Shown here: piece after piece, positions 28,899 to 39,309 of the stretch
How the letters are laid out: the number at the start of each line of letters is the position of its first letter
Numbering within the stretch: position 1 is the first letter of the stretch
Assembly (NCBI GenBank): GCA_964524845.1
Contig: CAZGFX010000001.1
Span: forward strand, 163,281-227,280
Length of the DNA stretch: 64,000 nucleotides
Direction of reading: 5' to 3'
Source: an uncultured Gammaproteobacteria bacterium
Lineage (GTDB): Bacteria > Patescibacteriota > Patescibacteriia > CAZGFX01
Notes under the pieces: model-generated
Told to the model about the DNA's origin: nothing
Databases searched by the model: none
The model's input: the letters and a program-made list of their open reading frames with translations, nothing else
Position numbers and translations under genes: made by a program

Positions 28899-28926
28899 GT
28901 AAAAACCCTCGTGTGAGGGTTTTTGT
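28899..28926 (+). terminator. Rho-independent terminator (AAACCCTC-gtgt-GAGGGTTT followed by T-run)
   Basis: Perfect stem followed by TTTGTTTTTT immediately after the RGG protein stop. Confidence 0.6.
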
Positions 28927-29026
28927 TTTTTGGTAAATATTTCAATTATGATAAAGCTTTCCCGATTTTTTTCGAATATCCAATATATTTCGACAAACAC
29001 TATTTTTTGCGATAAACTATAATTAT

Positions 29027-30250
29027 ATGAATAAAAACAAGCAACCAATCGGCCCAGATTTTTCAGGCTTGGGCATCGCACCAAACCTAATGAATATTGT
29101 GGCCCAATTAAATTACAAAATTCCCACTCCGATTCAACGTCAAGCAATTCCAATCGCTTTGCAAGGCAAGGATCTCGTTGGAATAGCACAAACCGGAACA
29201 GGCAAAACCTTGGCTTTTGGTATTCCGTTGATTCAACTCCTTCATCAAACAAATACCGATGGTGGTTTGATCGTTGTACCTACTCGTGAATTAGCACTTC
29301 AGGTCGATGAAACATTACGTAAAGTTGGTTCAAAACTCGGATTAAAAACTGTTGTGCTTATCGGCGGCACTCCTATACGTCCACAAATTCAAGCTCTCAA
29401 TCGTAATCCGCATGTTATCATCGCCACCCCAGGAAGACTCAATGATCATCTTGAACAAAGAACTGTTGGCCTAAAACATATTAAAATGGTCGTTTTAGAT
29501 GAGGCGGATCGTATGCTCGATATGGGTTTTGCTCCGCAAATTAAGAAAATTTTTCAAGCATTACCAGCCGAAAGACAAACAATGCTTTTCTCCGCCACAC
29601 TTGCACCTGAAATCATGAAGATGGCGACCAGTTTTTTAAAACTACCGATTCGCATTGAAATTGCGCCAACCGGATCAATAGCCGAACATCTCACTCAGGA
29701 AATATTTATTATTCATAAAGATGATAAAGTGAGGTTAGTGGAAAAACTTTTACAACAATATGTGGGTGCGACTCTTATTTTTACAAGAACGAAATACGGC
29801 GCAAAAAAACTAACCCGAGCAATCATGGATATGGGCCATAAAGCAGTAGAAATTCATTCCAATCGCTCTCTCTCTCAACGCAGAGATGCTATGGCTGGTT
29901 TTAAATCTGGCAAGTATCGTGTTTTAATAGCTACTGATATAGCTTCTCGCGGTATTGATGTTACCGGAATCGAGTTGGTTATCAATTTTGACTTGCCTAC
30001 CAATACCGAGGATTATGTTCATCGAATAGGTCGCACCGCCAGAGCTGGAATTACAGGTCATGCCATATCCTTGGCGACTCGCGAACAACGCAAAGAATTG
30101 CGCGATATTGAACGCCTGATCAGAAAAACACTTCCGATTTCTCCGATACCTGAACTACCACCAAAACGACAACATAAGTTTGTACCGGAAGACAGACCAA
30201 ATCAGCGCTCATTCCATCCTCAGGGTCGAGGTCGCGGAAGAAGAAGATAG
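29027..30250 (+). CDS. DEAD-box ATP-dependent RNA helicase with C-terminal RGRGRRR tail
   Basis: Motifs AQTGTGKT, DEAD (VLDEADRML), SAT, HRIGRTARAG. Confidence 0.9.
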   Translation: MNKNKQPIGPDFSGLGIAPNLMNIVAQLNYKIPTPIQRQAIPIALQGKDLVGIAQTGTGKTLAFGIPLIQLLHQTNTDGGLIVVPTRELALQVDETLRKVGSKLGLKTVVLIGGTPIRPQIQALNRNPHVIIATPGRLNDHLEQRTVGLKHIKMVVLDEADRMLDMGFAPQIKKIFQALPAERQTMLFSATLAPEIMKMATSFLKLPIRIEIAPTGSIAEHLTQEIFIIHKDDKVRLVEKLLQQYVGATLIFTRTKYGAKKLTRAIMDMGHKAVEIHSNRSLSQRRDAMAGFKSGKYRVLIATDIASRGIDVTGIELVINFDLPTNTEDYVHRIGRTARAGITGHAISLATREQRKELRDIERLIRKTLPISPIPELPPKRQHKFVPEDRPNQRSFHPQGRGRGRRR

Positions 30251-30274
30251 ATATAATTAAAATATGAACGCAAT

Positions 30275-30625
30275 ATGTATTCAAAAATACTTGTTTTAGT
30301 CTTAATCTTTGTTGGTGAGGCATTGGCGATTTATGCGGAAATGATTGGAGCGCGAACCCACCATATTGCCTCACAACCACTTTTACAAATATTTTTAAAA
30401 ATGTTTTTATTAAGCACTATAGCAGGTGGTTTTTTAATTGCAGGATATATTTTTGGCTTTAAAGCATTCAAAAACATTTGGATTGTAAGCGCCGTTTCGA
30501 TAACTTCAATTCTAATAATCGAACCCATTCTTGCTTGGACCATATTTCAGCAAACACCAACAACAGGGGCTATAATCGGATTCGTTTTGGGAACTGTTGG
30601 AATCCTTTTTTCTATCTTTTTATAA
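30275..30625 (+). CDS. Small integral membrane protein (4 TM)
   Basis: 116-aa hydrophobic ORF immediately upstream of the lycopene-cyclase-domain gene. Confidence 0.5.
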   Translation: MYSKILVLVLIFVGEALAIYAEMIGARTHHIASQPLLQIFLKMFLLSTIAGGFLIAGYIFGFKAFKNIWIVSAVSITSILIIEPILAWTIFQQTPTTGAIIGFVLGTVGILFSIFL

Positions 30626-30637
30626 ATTAGTCCATTT

Positions 30638-30949
30638 ATGTTTGAATATCTTATAGTTTTGATTATATTATTGTTAGTGACAATAATACTTGAAAAAACC
30701 CAACATATTAATCTTTATTTTAATCGAAAAGAGAGACTCGAGGTTGTTGGATTGTTTTTTATTATCGGTGTATTGTGGGATACTTTTGCAATTTGGAGAG
30801 GTCACTGGTTTTTCCCTCCGGATAGAAATATCGGAATTACCATAGGCCTGATGCCTTTAGAAGAATACTTATTTATGCTTATACTTCCCTATTTTATTAT
30901 TACAATATATAAATTAATCGATTCGAGGTTTAAAAAAAATATTAAGTAA
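30638..30949 (+). CDS. Lycopene cyclase domain (CrtYcd-like) membrane protein
   Basis: Characteristic PxEE motif (GLMPLEEYLFMLILPY) in a ~100-aa 3-TM protein. Confidence 0.5.
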   Translation: MFEYLIVLIILLLVTIILEKTQHINLYFNRKERLEVVGLFFIIGVLWDTFAIWRGHWFFPPDRNIGITIGLMPLEEYLFMLILPYFIITIYKLIDSRFKKNIK

Positions 30950-31022
30950 AATTTATTTATAACTCAAAATAAAAAAACACCGGCTCGTAGCAGGTGTTTT
31001 TTTGTTTCTTTATTTATTTTTG

Positions 31023-31760
31023 TTACTTCTTTACAAAGCCCTCAAGTGCTTTTAGAATTTCCATAGGTACCATATAAACAACCGTGTTCGACTGGTCAGA
31101 CGACATATCATTAATGGATTGTAGTGTGCGAAGATGAAGTGCTCCTGGAGACTGCGCAAGTATCGTAGCCGCTTTAGACATGTTTTGCGCGGCTGCTAAC
31201 TCACCTTCCGAAGTGATTATGACAGCTCTCTTTTCGCGTTCAGCCTCAGCTTGTTTACCAATGGTTCTCTCCATATCAGCCGGTAAACTGACATCTTTGA
31301 GTTCAACATTTTGGACTTTGAGACCCCAAGCGTCGGTTTCTTTATCAACTATCTCTCTTATACGATCGGCAATCTTGTCTCGGCTTCCAAGTAATTCATC
31401 AAGTGTCACTTCTCCTACAATATTACGCATTGTCGTCTGAGCATATTGAGATATAGCATATCTGAAATCTTCTACTTCAATAATTGCTTTTTCAGCATTG
31501 TTCACCTTGTAATATATCACGGCGTTAACTTTCACAACCACGTTATCTCTTGTAATAGCGTTTTGATCCGGAACATCCACCGCTTTTACACGAATATCAA
31601 CCTTTTGATATGTTTGAACAATAGGTAAAACAACTCTCCATCCTGGCTCCATAATTGATGTAAACTTACCAAAAGTAAATCTTACCCCTCGTTGATACTG
31701 ATTAATCTGACGGATACTTATTAATACAAGAATTATGATAATAATTATAAAATAATACAT
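31023..31760 (-). CDS. SPFH/band-7 (stomatin/prohibitin-like) membrane protein
   Basis: N-terminal TM helix, then an SPFH domain (INQYQRGVRFTFGKF ...) with a coiled-coil region. Confidence 0.85.
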   Translation of the reverse strand: MYYFIIIIIILVLISIRQINQYQRGVRFTFGKFTSIMEPGWRVVLPIVQTYQKVDIRVKAVDVPDQNAITRDNVVVKVNAVIYYKVNNAEKAIIEVEDFRYAISQYAQTTMRNIVGEVTLDELLGSRDKIADRIREIVDKETDAWGLKVQNVELKDVSLPADMERTIGKQAEAEREKRAVIITSEGELAAAQNMSKAATILAQSPGALHLRTLQSINDMSSDQSNTVVYMVPMEILKALEGFVKK

Positions 31761-31901
31761 ATAAAAATTATTAAATTAATACTGCGTTCAAAGTATACTC
31801 TACTTGTTAATTTAGTAAACAATTGTTTTGAATTAAAATAAAAATGAAAAACGCCTCATTTTTTTGAAGCGTTTTATTTGTATTTATCAAATAATGAACA
31901 A

Positions 31902-32531
31902 TTAATCTGTTTCACCGATCTGGTCAGATTTTATCGTACCAGACTCAATAAGTGCCTTATAATGATCCGGGCGTGTATTTTTTATATACACATGCACTTT
32001 TCCAAGAACGGAAACCAAATCTATGCCACGTGATTTTGCAAAATCAATAATTTCCTGAAGTGCGCCCTCAATATCGCTTTCGCTTTTTACCATGCGTTCT
32101 ATTTCCGCAACTGAATATGTGTAATCTGTGCCTGAGTACGTCACATGATCGATGTCTATCAAAAATAATCCGTTGCGATACTTGGTGCGTGTTGTCGTGC
32201 ACTCACAAAATACAGAGAAGCCGGCCTGCACGAGAACATTATTGAATTCACTTTTGCTTGATAATTTAAGAAACTCTCGTATGTGTTTCTCTTCTTTTAT
32301 TTCTTCGTAGCGATCAGCGAACTTATCCTTATTTTGACTTAAGGATACTTTTAATTCCCACGCCCCCGCCCTGTTCCGAAGCCACAAATCATTGATTGTA
32401 AGTGAAAAATTGTCAGTGTCATAATACGAATCCATAAATGTTTTTGTGTTTATCAACTCCGCACCTTCAATAAGACGATTTTCAACGCCTTCGCTGAGAA
32501 CGAATTTCTTTTCGACTTCGATGTCTTGCAT
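31902..32531 (-). CDS. CYTH-domain (triphosphate tunnel metalloenzyme; CyaB/ThTPase-like) protein
   Basis: N-terminal EVEKKFVL (ExExK) signature, 209 aa. Confidence 0.65.
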   Translation of the reverse strand: MQDIEVEKKFVLSEGVENRLIEGAELINTKTFMDSYYDTDNFSLTINDLWLRNRAGAWELKVSLSQNKDKFADRYEEIKEEKHIREFLKLSSKSEFNNVLVQAGFSVFCECTTTRTKYRNGLFLIDIDHVTYSGTDYTYSVAEIERMVKSESDIEGALQEIIDFAKSRGIDLVSVLGKVHVYIKNTRPDHYKALIESGTIKSDQIGETD

Positions 32532-32692
32532 TTTTTCTCCTTCGTTTTTTAATTTTAGTTATTGTTTATTAATTATTTTTCTAAACATATTTTTCATCTC
32601 ATTTAATCATAATCCATTAAATATGTCAAATCCACATACATGATGGTAAAAAAGTGTTATAATTAGTATATCTTAATAAAGATTTTATTTAT

Positions 32693-34909
32693 ATGAAAAA
32701 GATTCACATAATATCTATAATTGTTGGTGTAGCGACAATCGCTGTAATTGCCGGAGCGATTGTTTTCTTTACACGAAACGTAGTGGCATTAACATTCGGA
32801 TCAGGGACTGATTATGCCACCGGAGTCGGACCACGAACTATAGCGATTGCCGATTTTGATGAGGACGGAAAAAATGATTTTGCTGTACCTATGTATACTG
32901 ATAATACAGTAGAAATATATCTTAACCAAGGTGTCGGAATATTCGGTGCGGCCACGACAGTTCTTGCGACAACAGGCAGAGGCGCTCAACCACTTATTCA
33001 CGATGATTTTAATAATGATGGGCACGTTGATCTTGCCGTAGGAAATCGAGACGATGCAACGATTGATATTTTCCTTGGAAATGGGGATGGTACGTTTGCA
33101 ATCTCAAGCACAGAATCAGTCGGGGATGATCCACTAGATCTAGCCACAGGAGATTTTGATAGTGATGGAAATAAAGATTTGGTAAGTGTTGACCTAAGTG
33201 GTCAGACAATCAGTGTTCTTATCGGACGAGGAGATGGAACATTCGGTGGAGCGGCCACATATGCAACAGGTAGTTACCCAACAAGCATAAAAACAGCGGA
33301 TTTCGACGGAGATCGAGTACTTGATATTGTTGTATCTGACTCGTGTGCCGGATGTTTTGTTCCATACAGCGCTGGAGGAATTTCCGTATTTATTGGACGA
33401 GGAGACGGAACATTTGGGGCCGCTACAGCATATGCGACAGCAAGAGGAGCCGTTGATATAACTATGGGAGATTTCAATAACGATGGAAATCAGGATATTG
33501 TAGCGGCAATACGCAATAACAATGTTGTTCAAACACTTCTTGGAAGAGGAGATGGTAGTTTCAGCAGTCTTGGAACATATTCTTCTGGCGGAACACAACC
33601 AATGGTAATAGAAGGAAAAGACATAAATGAAGATGGAATACTCGATATCACCGTTGGTAATGGATCTGGAAATATAATTGGATCTATGACTGGAATTGGA
33701 GACGGATCATTTGATGTTCCAAGAGCACGTAATATAGGAGCATACCCGACGGATATCAAATTTTCTGATTTTGATGGGAGCGGAAAAGACGATATGATTA
33801 TAAGCAAACACACATCAGATATAGTCACAATCTATTTTGAGAGCACGGCTCCAACGATAACAAATTTAAGTCCTTCAAGTGCATCAGCCGGATCTGGAGA
33901 AAGAATTATTACTGTAACCGGAGCTGGATTTTTATCAAACTCTACTGTTCGTGCGGACGGAAGCAATATTCCAACAACATATATAAATGCCACCACACTA
34001 AACGGAACCCTAAGTTCAACACTTACACAATCTGAAAAAACAATGGATATTACAGTATATAATCCGACTGCTCAATCAGAATCATCTGAATTACAATTCT
34101 CTGTAACATCTGCTTCTGGAACAAGCGGCGGAGGTGGAGGCGGCGGAGGAACATTATCAATTTCTCTTATGCCACCAACCATGCCAGCGGAAGGATTTGA
34201 TTTATTATTAAATGACGGAGCACTAACAACAACAGACAGTAAAGTAAGTGTAAAATTCATTTATACATCTCCTGAGCAGGTCGAACCAATAGCAAAACAA
34301 TATGCGATTTCAAATTCTCCTGAATTTCCAAATAGCAATCTCATACCTCTTGATGGTGTGCCGACAGATGGTTTAGTATGGAATATTTGTGATGAAGGAT
34401 CAGAATGTTTAGGTGGAGATTATACCGTCTATGTCAAATATTATACGGAATGGGGTAAAACATCTGATGTAATATCAAAAACAATCACCTATTCACCTTT
34501 GACCAACACAACATTACCTACCACAACACCAACAATTGTTCCGACTCTTGAAAAGCCAGTACTTCCGACTACCACGGTACTTCCAACTCCTCCGGCACCA
34601 ACAACTCCAAAAGTTTCAGAAATACAGAAATCAAAAATCACCTTTGCATCAGATTTACGTTTTGGTATGTGGGGAGATGATGTAAAGAAACTACAAACCA
34701 CCCTTAATTCACTTGGTTTTACAGTTGCAGAAAAAGGAGCTGGTTCTTCAGGAAAAGAAACAAATTATTTCGGATATGCGACGCTTGCTGCTGTCAAAAA
34801 ATTTCAAACCGCATATGCAAATGACATTTTAACTCCAAATGGCATTTCTAAAGCAACAGGAAACTTTGGAACAAACACAAGAAACAAAATGAACGAACTA
34901 TTAAAATAA
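32693..34909 (+). CDS. Surface protein: signal/TM anchor, 7-blade FG-GAP beta-propeller, Ig-like region, Gly8 stretch, Pro/Thr linker, C-terminal peptidoglycan-binding domain
   Basis: Seven DxDxDG-type motifs (DFDEDGKNDFAV, DFNNDGHVDLAVGN, GDFDSDGNKDLV, ADFDGDRVLDIVV, GDFNNDGNQDIVA, DINEDGILDITVGN, SDFDGSGKDDMII); GGGGGGGG; PTTTPTIVPTLEKPVLPTTTVLPTPPAPTTP linker; PG_binding_1-like tail (LRFGMWGDDVKKLQTTLNSLGF..AVKKFQTAY). Confidence 0.8.
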   Translation: MKKIHIISIIVGVATIAVIAGAIVFFTRNVVALTFGSGTDYATGVGPRTIAIADFDEDGKNDFAVPMYTDNTVEIYLNQGVGIFGAATTVLATTGRGAQPLIHDDFNNDGHVDLAVGNRDDATIDIFLGNGDGTFAISSTESVGDDPLDLATGDFDSDGNKDLVSVDLSGQTISVLIGRGDGTFGGAATYATGSYPTSIKTADFDGDRVLDIVVSDSCAGCFVPYSAGGISVFIGRGDGTFGAATAYATARGAVDITMGDFNNDGNQDIVAAIRNNNVVQTLLGRGDGSFSSLGTYSSGGTQPMVIEGKDINEDGILDITVGNGSGNIIGSMTGIGDGSFDVPRARNIGAYPTDIKFSDFDGSGKDDMIISKHTSDIVTIYFESTAPTITNLSPSSASAGSGERIITVTGAGFLSNSTVRADGSNIPTTYINATTLNGTLSSTLTQSEKTMDITVYNPTAQSESSELQFSVTSASGTSGGGGGGGGTLSISLMPPTMPAEGFDLLLNDGALTTTDSKVSVKFIYTSPEQVEPIAKQYAISNSPEFPNSNLIPLDGVPTDGLVWNICDEGSECLGGDYTVYVKYYTEWGKTSDVISKTITYSPLTNTTLPTTTPTIVPTLEKPVLPTTTVLPTPPAPTTPKVSEIQKSKITFASDLRFGMWGDDVKKLQTTLNSLGFTVAEKGAGSSGKETNYFGYATLAAVKKFQTAYANDILTPNGISKATGNFGTNTRNKMNELLK

Positions 34910-34937
34910 GTTATTTTGATACGGTTTTTGTGTAAAA

Positions 34938-34968
34938 GTAAAAAGCTCTTATAAAAAGAGCTTTTTAT
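34938..34968 (+). terminator. Rho-independent terminator (AAAAAGCTCTT-ataa-AAGAGCTTTTT)
   Basis: 11-bp stem followed by a T-run after the FG-GAP protein stop. Confidence 0.6.
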
Positions 34969-35015
34969 TAATATATAAAGGTGTATAATCGTGATATAAA
35001 CTATTATATAATCAT

Positions 35016-35462
35016 ATGTCAGAAGAAAAAAAGAAAGTTGGCGCAGGGTTTGGAGTTATGATGATGAAAGATGGAAAAGTCTTATTAGGAAAAAGACACG
35101 AGGATCCAGAAAAAGCTGATAGCGAACTAAGTGGAGAAGGAACGTGGACCATGCCTGGTGGAAAAATAGAATTTGGCGAATCATTTGAAGAAGGGGCCAT
35201 GCGCGAAGTACGAGAAGAAACAGGAATAACGCTGAAAGACGTCTCTGTTATATGTGTTAACAACGACATGACGGATAAGGCTCATTTTGTAACTATTGGT
35301 TTGTTCTCAGAAAATTTTTCAGGAGAACCACGAGTTATGGAACCAGATGAGATCACAGAATGGGGATGGTTTAATATTGATGAATTACCTGCCCGTGTGT
35401 TTTTTCCAAGCGCAAAAGTTTTGGAAAATTATAAACAGAAAAGGTTTTATATCTCCAAATAA
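35016..35462 (+). CDS. NUDIX hydrolase
   Basis: Nudix box GGKIEFGESFEEGAMREVREETGI. Confidence 0.8.
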   Translation: MSEEKKKVGAGFGVMMMKDGKVLLGKRHEDPEKADSELSGEGTWTMPGGKIEFGESFEEGAMREVREETGITLKDVSVICVNNDMTDKAHFVTIGLFSENFSGEPRVMEPDEITEWGWFNIDELPARVFFPSAKVLENYKQKRFYISK

Positions 35463-35484
35463 TTCCGTTATTTTAAATTTATAT

Positions 35485-35958
35485 ATGAAATCAATTATTA
35501 TATATTACTCATTAACCGGAAACACTAGACTTATCGCGGAAACAATCGCTAATGAAACCAGAGGAGATATTATGGAATTGAAAACAAAAGAAGAAAAAAT
35601 ACAACCAACTGGTTTCATGAAATACGTATGGGGAGGAAGACAGGTCATATTCAGAAAAAAACCAGAGCTTCTGCCACTAAATAAAGACATTTCAACATAT
35701 GACATGATTTTTATAGGAACCCCGGTATGGGCTTTTACATATACTCCTGCATTAAGGACTTTTTTTGATATGATAAATATTCGTGATAAAAAAATTATAT
35801 TATTTTGCACTCATGAAGGAGGTAAAAGAAACACTCTTCAAGATATGCGCGAAAAATTAAAAGGAAACACAATTGTCAAAGAGATTGATTTTTTTAATGT
35901 TGCTAAAAATAAAACAGAAAACATAGAAAAAGCAAAACAACTAGCTAGAGAATTTTAA
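35485..35958 (+). CDS. Flavodoxin
   Basis: MKSIIIYYSLTGNTRLIAE (T/SxTGxT FMN phosphate loop). The tracked ORF start at 35296 overlaps the Nudix gene and is rejected in favour of the ATG at 35485. Confidence 0.75.
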   Translation: MKSIIIYYSLTGNTRLIAETIANETRGDIMELKTKEEKIQPTGFMKYVWGGRQVIFRKKPELLPLNKDISTYDMIFIGTPVWAFTYTPALRTFFDMINIRDKKIILFCTHEGGKRNTLQDMREKLKGNTIVKEIDFFNVAKNKTENIEKAKQLAREF

Positions 35959-36018
35959 ATAAAAAACCGAATCTAAAAACCTTCCAGATAATTCCTATAA
36001 ATAAAAACAAAAGAATTC

Positions 36019-37005
36019 TTATCCTTTTATGAAGGAATAAACTAAATATGCTATATAAAATAAGATGAAAATAGCACCGTGGTGTCGTTCAAGAAAATAT
36101 TTTTTTCCTGAAAGTATACATATAAACAATAAAACAGTTGCTATAACCCCAATTAAAATATCAAAATTTACACCTGAAATCGGTGATAACGAATGAATAC
36201 ATGCGCTGATACCAAGTACATACAGTAAATTAAATAGATTCGATCCTATGATGTTTCCTATTGCTATGCCGCTTGATCCGCGAAAAATAGCTGTAATTGA
36301 AGCGGCGAGCTCGGGAAGAGACGTTCCTATTGCCACCACAGAAAGCGCTATTGCTCGCTCTGATATACCAATTTCCCTAGCCAAGTGCACAGCTCCATCA
36401 ACAACCCAGTTTCCTCCTATTCCAAGCATGCATAAACCAATAACAATAAAAAACAGTGCTTGCCACGATGTTTTTTCAGTATGTTTCAAAACAGCGGCGT
36501 GTTTTTCGTGAAAATTTCTTTTTGCAATAACTATCGTGTAGTAGATAAACAACGCAAAGAAAGCAAGCAGTATCAATCCGTCATACTGAGTCAATTCAGA
36601 TCGCGCGCCACCGTCGAAAAGCGCATCATTGGATAATACAAATAATATTCCGTATGACAGAATAAGAAACGGAAGCTCTCTCCAGACGGTGGCGCGCACC
36701 ATGGCAATCGGATAAGAAATAGACGCAATACCTCCTATAAGCAAAATATTTGCGATGTTTGATCCTAAGATATTTCCAAAAACAATACCCTCCTCTCCTC
36801 TAATAGATGCCAAAATATTTACAATAAGTTCCGGAGCGCTTGTTCCAATTGCAACAATCGTTAATCCAACAACAAATTCGGACAATCCGTGACGACGCGC
36901 TATTGAAACAGATCCATCAACAAGCCATCGAGCTCCATACAATAAAAACAAAAATCCAAGTACAAAACTTATATATATAAAAAATGATGAGTTTAATAAA
37001 TCCAT
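36019..37005 (-). CDS. Ca2+/Na+ (CaCA-family, YrbG-like) cation antiporter
   Basis: Two alpha-repeats (GTSAPEL, GTSLPELAASI), ~10 TM, 328 aa. Confidence 0.85.
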   Translation of the reverse strand: MDLLNSSFFIYISFVLGFLFLLYGARWLVDGSVSIARRHGLSEFVVGLTIVAIGTSAPELIVNILASIRGEEGIVFGNILGSNIANILLIGGIASISYPIAMVRATVWRELPFLILSYGILFVLSNDALFDGGARSELTQYDGLILLAFFALFIYYTIVIAKRNFHEKHAAVLKHTEKTSWQALFFIVIGLCMLGIGGNWVVDGAVHLAREIGISERAIALSVVAIGTSLPELAASITAIFRGSSGIAIGNIIGSNLFNLLYVLGISACIHSLSPISGVNFDILIGVIATVLLFICILSGKKYFLERHHGAIFILFYIAYLVYSFIKG

Positions 37006-37042
37006 ACAATAATAAGTATTGGCCGTTATTGCAATATTAACA

Positions 37043-37861
37043 CTATCTTATACACCTTGTTGTTACTCTTCCTTCCTGAATAATATGACCAATCTCGTTT
37101 CCATAAACACCACAACGTCCTTTTATACCGTGACACTGAAGAATTACGCATCCATTAAGAATTGTGGCGCATCCGAAATACCCCAGATCTTCAGATGTTG
37201 TATTACAATTAAATTCACAGTCAGTATCTGAAATACACTCTTTTCCAAAATCAACTGGCACATATTTGCAATCAACCAATACCCACCCGCCTTGGGAATA
37301 ACGATATTTTCCTGTCTGACCGTTCGGACAGTTTGGGTCTTGATTATATGACTGTTGAATTGGTTTATAATTTTCAGGATTTTCTTTTTTTGAAAATTCT
37401 TTTTGATATTTGAAATCAAAAACATTTCTTTCCTGAGGAAGAAGTTGATTTAATGAAAAAGAAAGATTTTTCTCATTTACATTCATCTCGTATTTTTGTT
37501 GATTGGACTCGTACGAAATAATATTATCATTTCTTTTAATCGGGCCTAATACTGAGAATCCGGCAACATGAACGAAGACATCTTTCGCAAAAACAGATGC
37601 CGGAATACGCACAATACCAAACTGATCCGATACACCATTAAATAAAATTGAATATTCACACGTTCCAAGATCTTTATTATCGCATGTATATGTGTTTGTA
37701 ATGATAATAGCTCTATTTGGAACAATATCGCTTGCAATTGTATTAAGTAATACAAAAGAATACTCACCTTGTTCGCTTATTGAAGAATTAAAACATCCCG
37801 TAAGTAAAGTACTTGTGAGAAAAAGAATAAGTAAATATATTCGCACAGGATATAATTTCAT
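37043..37861 (-). CDS. Putative lipoprotein, Cys-rich C-terminal domain
   Basis: Signal peptide with lipobox-like LLTGC; 13 Cys in the C-terminal third. Confidence 0.55.
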   Translation of the reverse strand: MKLYPVRIYLLILFLTSTLLTGCFNSSISEQGEYSFVLLNTIASDIVPNRAIIITNTYTCDNKDLGTCEYSILFNGVSDQFGIVRIPASVFAKDVFVHVAGFSVLGPIKRNDNIISYESNQQKYEMNVNEKNLSFSLNQLLPQERNVFDFKYQKEFSKKENPENYKPIQQSYNQDPNCPNGQTGKYRYSQGGWVLVDCKYVPVDFGKECISDTDCEFNCNTTSEDLGYFGCATILNGCVILQCHGIKGRCGVYGNEIGHIIQEGRVTTRCIR

Positions 37862-37998
37862 GAAACTATCGATTTCTACTCTATCATAGCACGAATTCGC
37901 CGTTCAATCGAGGGTATTTTTTCAAATAAATATTATCGTAAAACAACATATATAATTGACAAAAAAACACAAATGCGTGTATAATGCGTTTTGTTCGT

Positions 37999-38075
<77 letters not shown>

Positions 38076-38268
38076 TTCTTCGCTCGTTAGAGTGAAATTA
38101 CGAACGATATAACTATAAGAATTTATTCTACAAAGCATTTTTGCTTTGTTTTTTTGTGCTAAATTAAGCCTTTTTATATATTATTCAACCATACTATTGA
38201 CTTTTCTGTAAGTGTATGATATTATCATACGATTAAAACAAAACCAAAATAAAATAAGGAGAATTGAA

Positions 38269-38982
38269 ATGAAAAAAGTTCATGCTCAAAAAACAGAAGA
38301 TGAACCGGATGTTAAAAAACTTTTTCCTTTCGTGTTTTTTCTTGAAAAAACAACGCCTGTTCTGGGAAAAAAATCGACCCCTGGCACTGAAACACACGCG
38401 ACAGCAACAAAACACGAAGGAGTTCCAGATTGGAAAGAGGAAGAAGACAGTTATTTAAATTTTATCAAAAAAAATACCACGCAGTTTGTTCCAATCGAAG
38501 AATGTGGTGATTCACCAGAACAAACAGTTCTGGAAAAAATAGACAAGCTTTTCTTTCTTCGGAGTCTCGCATATTCGTCAACAAAAAATCATGAGGCAAA
38601 AAAAATCATTGAGCACATGATACACGATCTTGCCGAATACGAAGACCTTCTTTCCTTTGTGGATTATATGAAAACGGAAAATATTGGATCGTTTTTAAAA
38701 AATCCTCAACTGGCACAAGAGATAATCTGTATATACAATATTCTTCAAGTGTATGCCATCGAAAACGATTATATTAATACATTTGAGAAAGTGGATCTAA
38801 AAAACGTAATGTATGAATTGAAGAAAGGTTCCACAAAAACCAGTAAGAACAAGCCCGCTCGAAAAAAAACACAAAAAATCAATTGCGGCCACAAAAACCA
38901 ACAACCACAAGAGAAAAGCGGTGTATGGGGAAAGAAAAAAAATAAAAATTATCACCTCGCAAAAAAATCACTTTTATTTTAA
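38269..38982 (+). CDS. Hypothetical protein sharing a PDWxEEEDSY motif with the small gene at 49766..49963
   Basis: Strong RBS AAGGAG 8 nt upstream of the ATG at 38269; VPDWKEEEDSYLNFIKKN motif; Lys-rich tail; terminator hairpin follows at ~38990-39020. Confidence 0.6.
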   Translation: MKKVHAQKTEDEPDVKKLFPFVFFLEKTTPVLGKKSTPGTETHATATKHEGVPDWKEEEDSYLNFIKKNTTQFVPIEECGDSPEQTVLEKIDKLFFLRSLAYSSTKNHEAKKIIEHMIHDLAEYEDLLSFVDYMKTENIGSFLKNPQLAQEIICIYNILQVYAIENDYINTFEKVDLKNVMYELKKGSTKTSKNKPARKKTQKINCGHKNQQPQEKSGVWGKKKNKNYHLAKKSLLF

Positions 38983-39114
38983 ACTAACAAAAAAACCGCT
39001 CTACTCTTTAGAGCGGTTTTCTCGTTAAAAAACGTTTGCAAATCAAATAAGAATAATATAGTATAAAATCAATAAAAAATAATAATTCAAAAAACAAAAA
39101 TAAGAAGGTGCCCA

Positions 39115-39261
39115 ATGAAAAAACAAAGAAAAAAACATTGTAAAAACCAGAAAAAGAAAAAACAAAACAAAAATAGCAAAGTAAAAAACACAGGATCATA
39201 TTTTATTCCTGAAAACACCAACGAAGAACCTTCAAAAAAACCAAAAATGATTTTTAACTAA
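39115..39261 (+). CDS. Possible small Lys-rich basic protein (48 aa)
   Basis: ATG preceded by AAGAAGGTG RBS; sequence MKKQRKKHCKNQKKKKQNKNSKVKN..; below the ORF-track size cut-off; followed by a bidirectional terminator hairpin (CCCCGAGCA-ccat-GCTCGGGG). Confidence 0.3.
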   Translation: MKKQRKKHCKNQKKKKQNKNSKVKNTGSYFIPENTNEEPSKKPKMIFN

Positions 39262-39309
39262 AAAATCGCCCCGAGCACCATGCTCGGGGATTTTATTTAT
39301 CTTATAAAT

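Noticed and set aside
35296-35484. N-terminal 63-codon extension of the flavodoxin ORF (start at 35296)
   Set aside because: It overlaps the 3' end of the upstream NUDIX gene in another frame. The flavodoxin signature starts right after the internal ATG at 35485 (MKSIIIYYSLTGNT).
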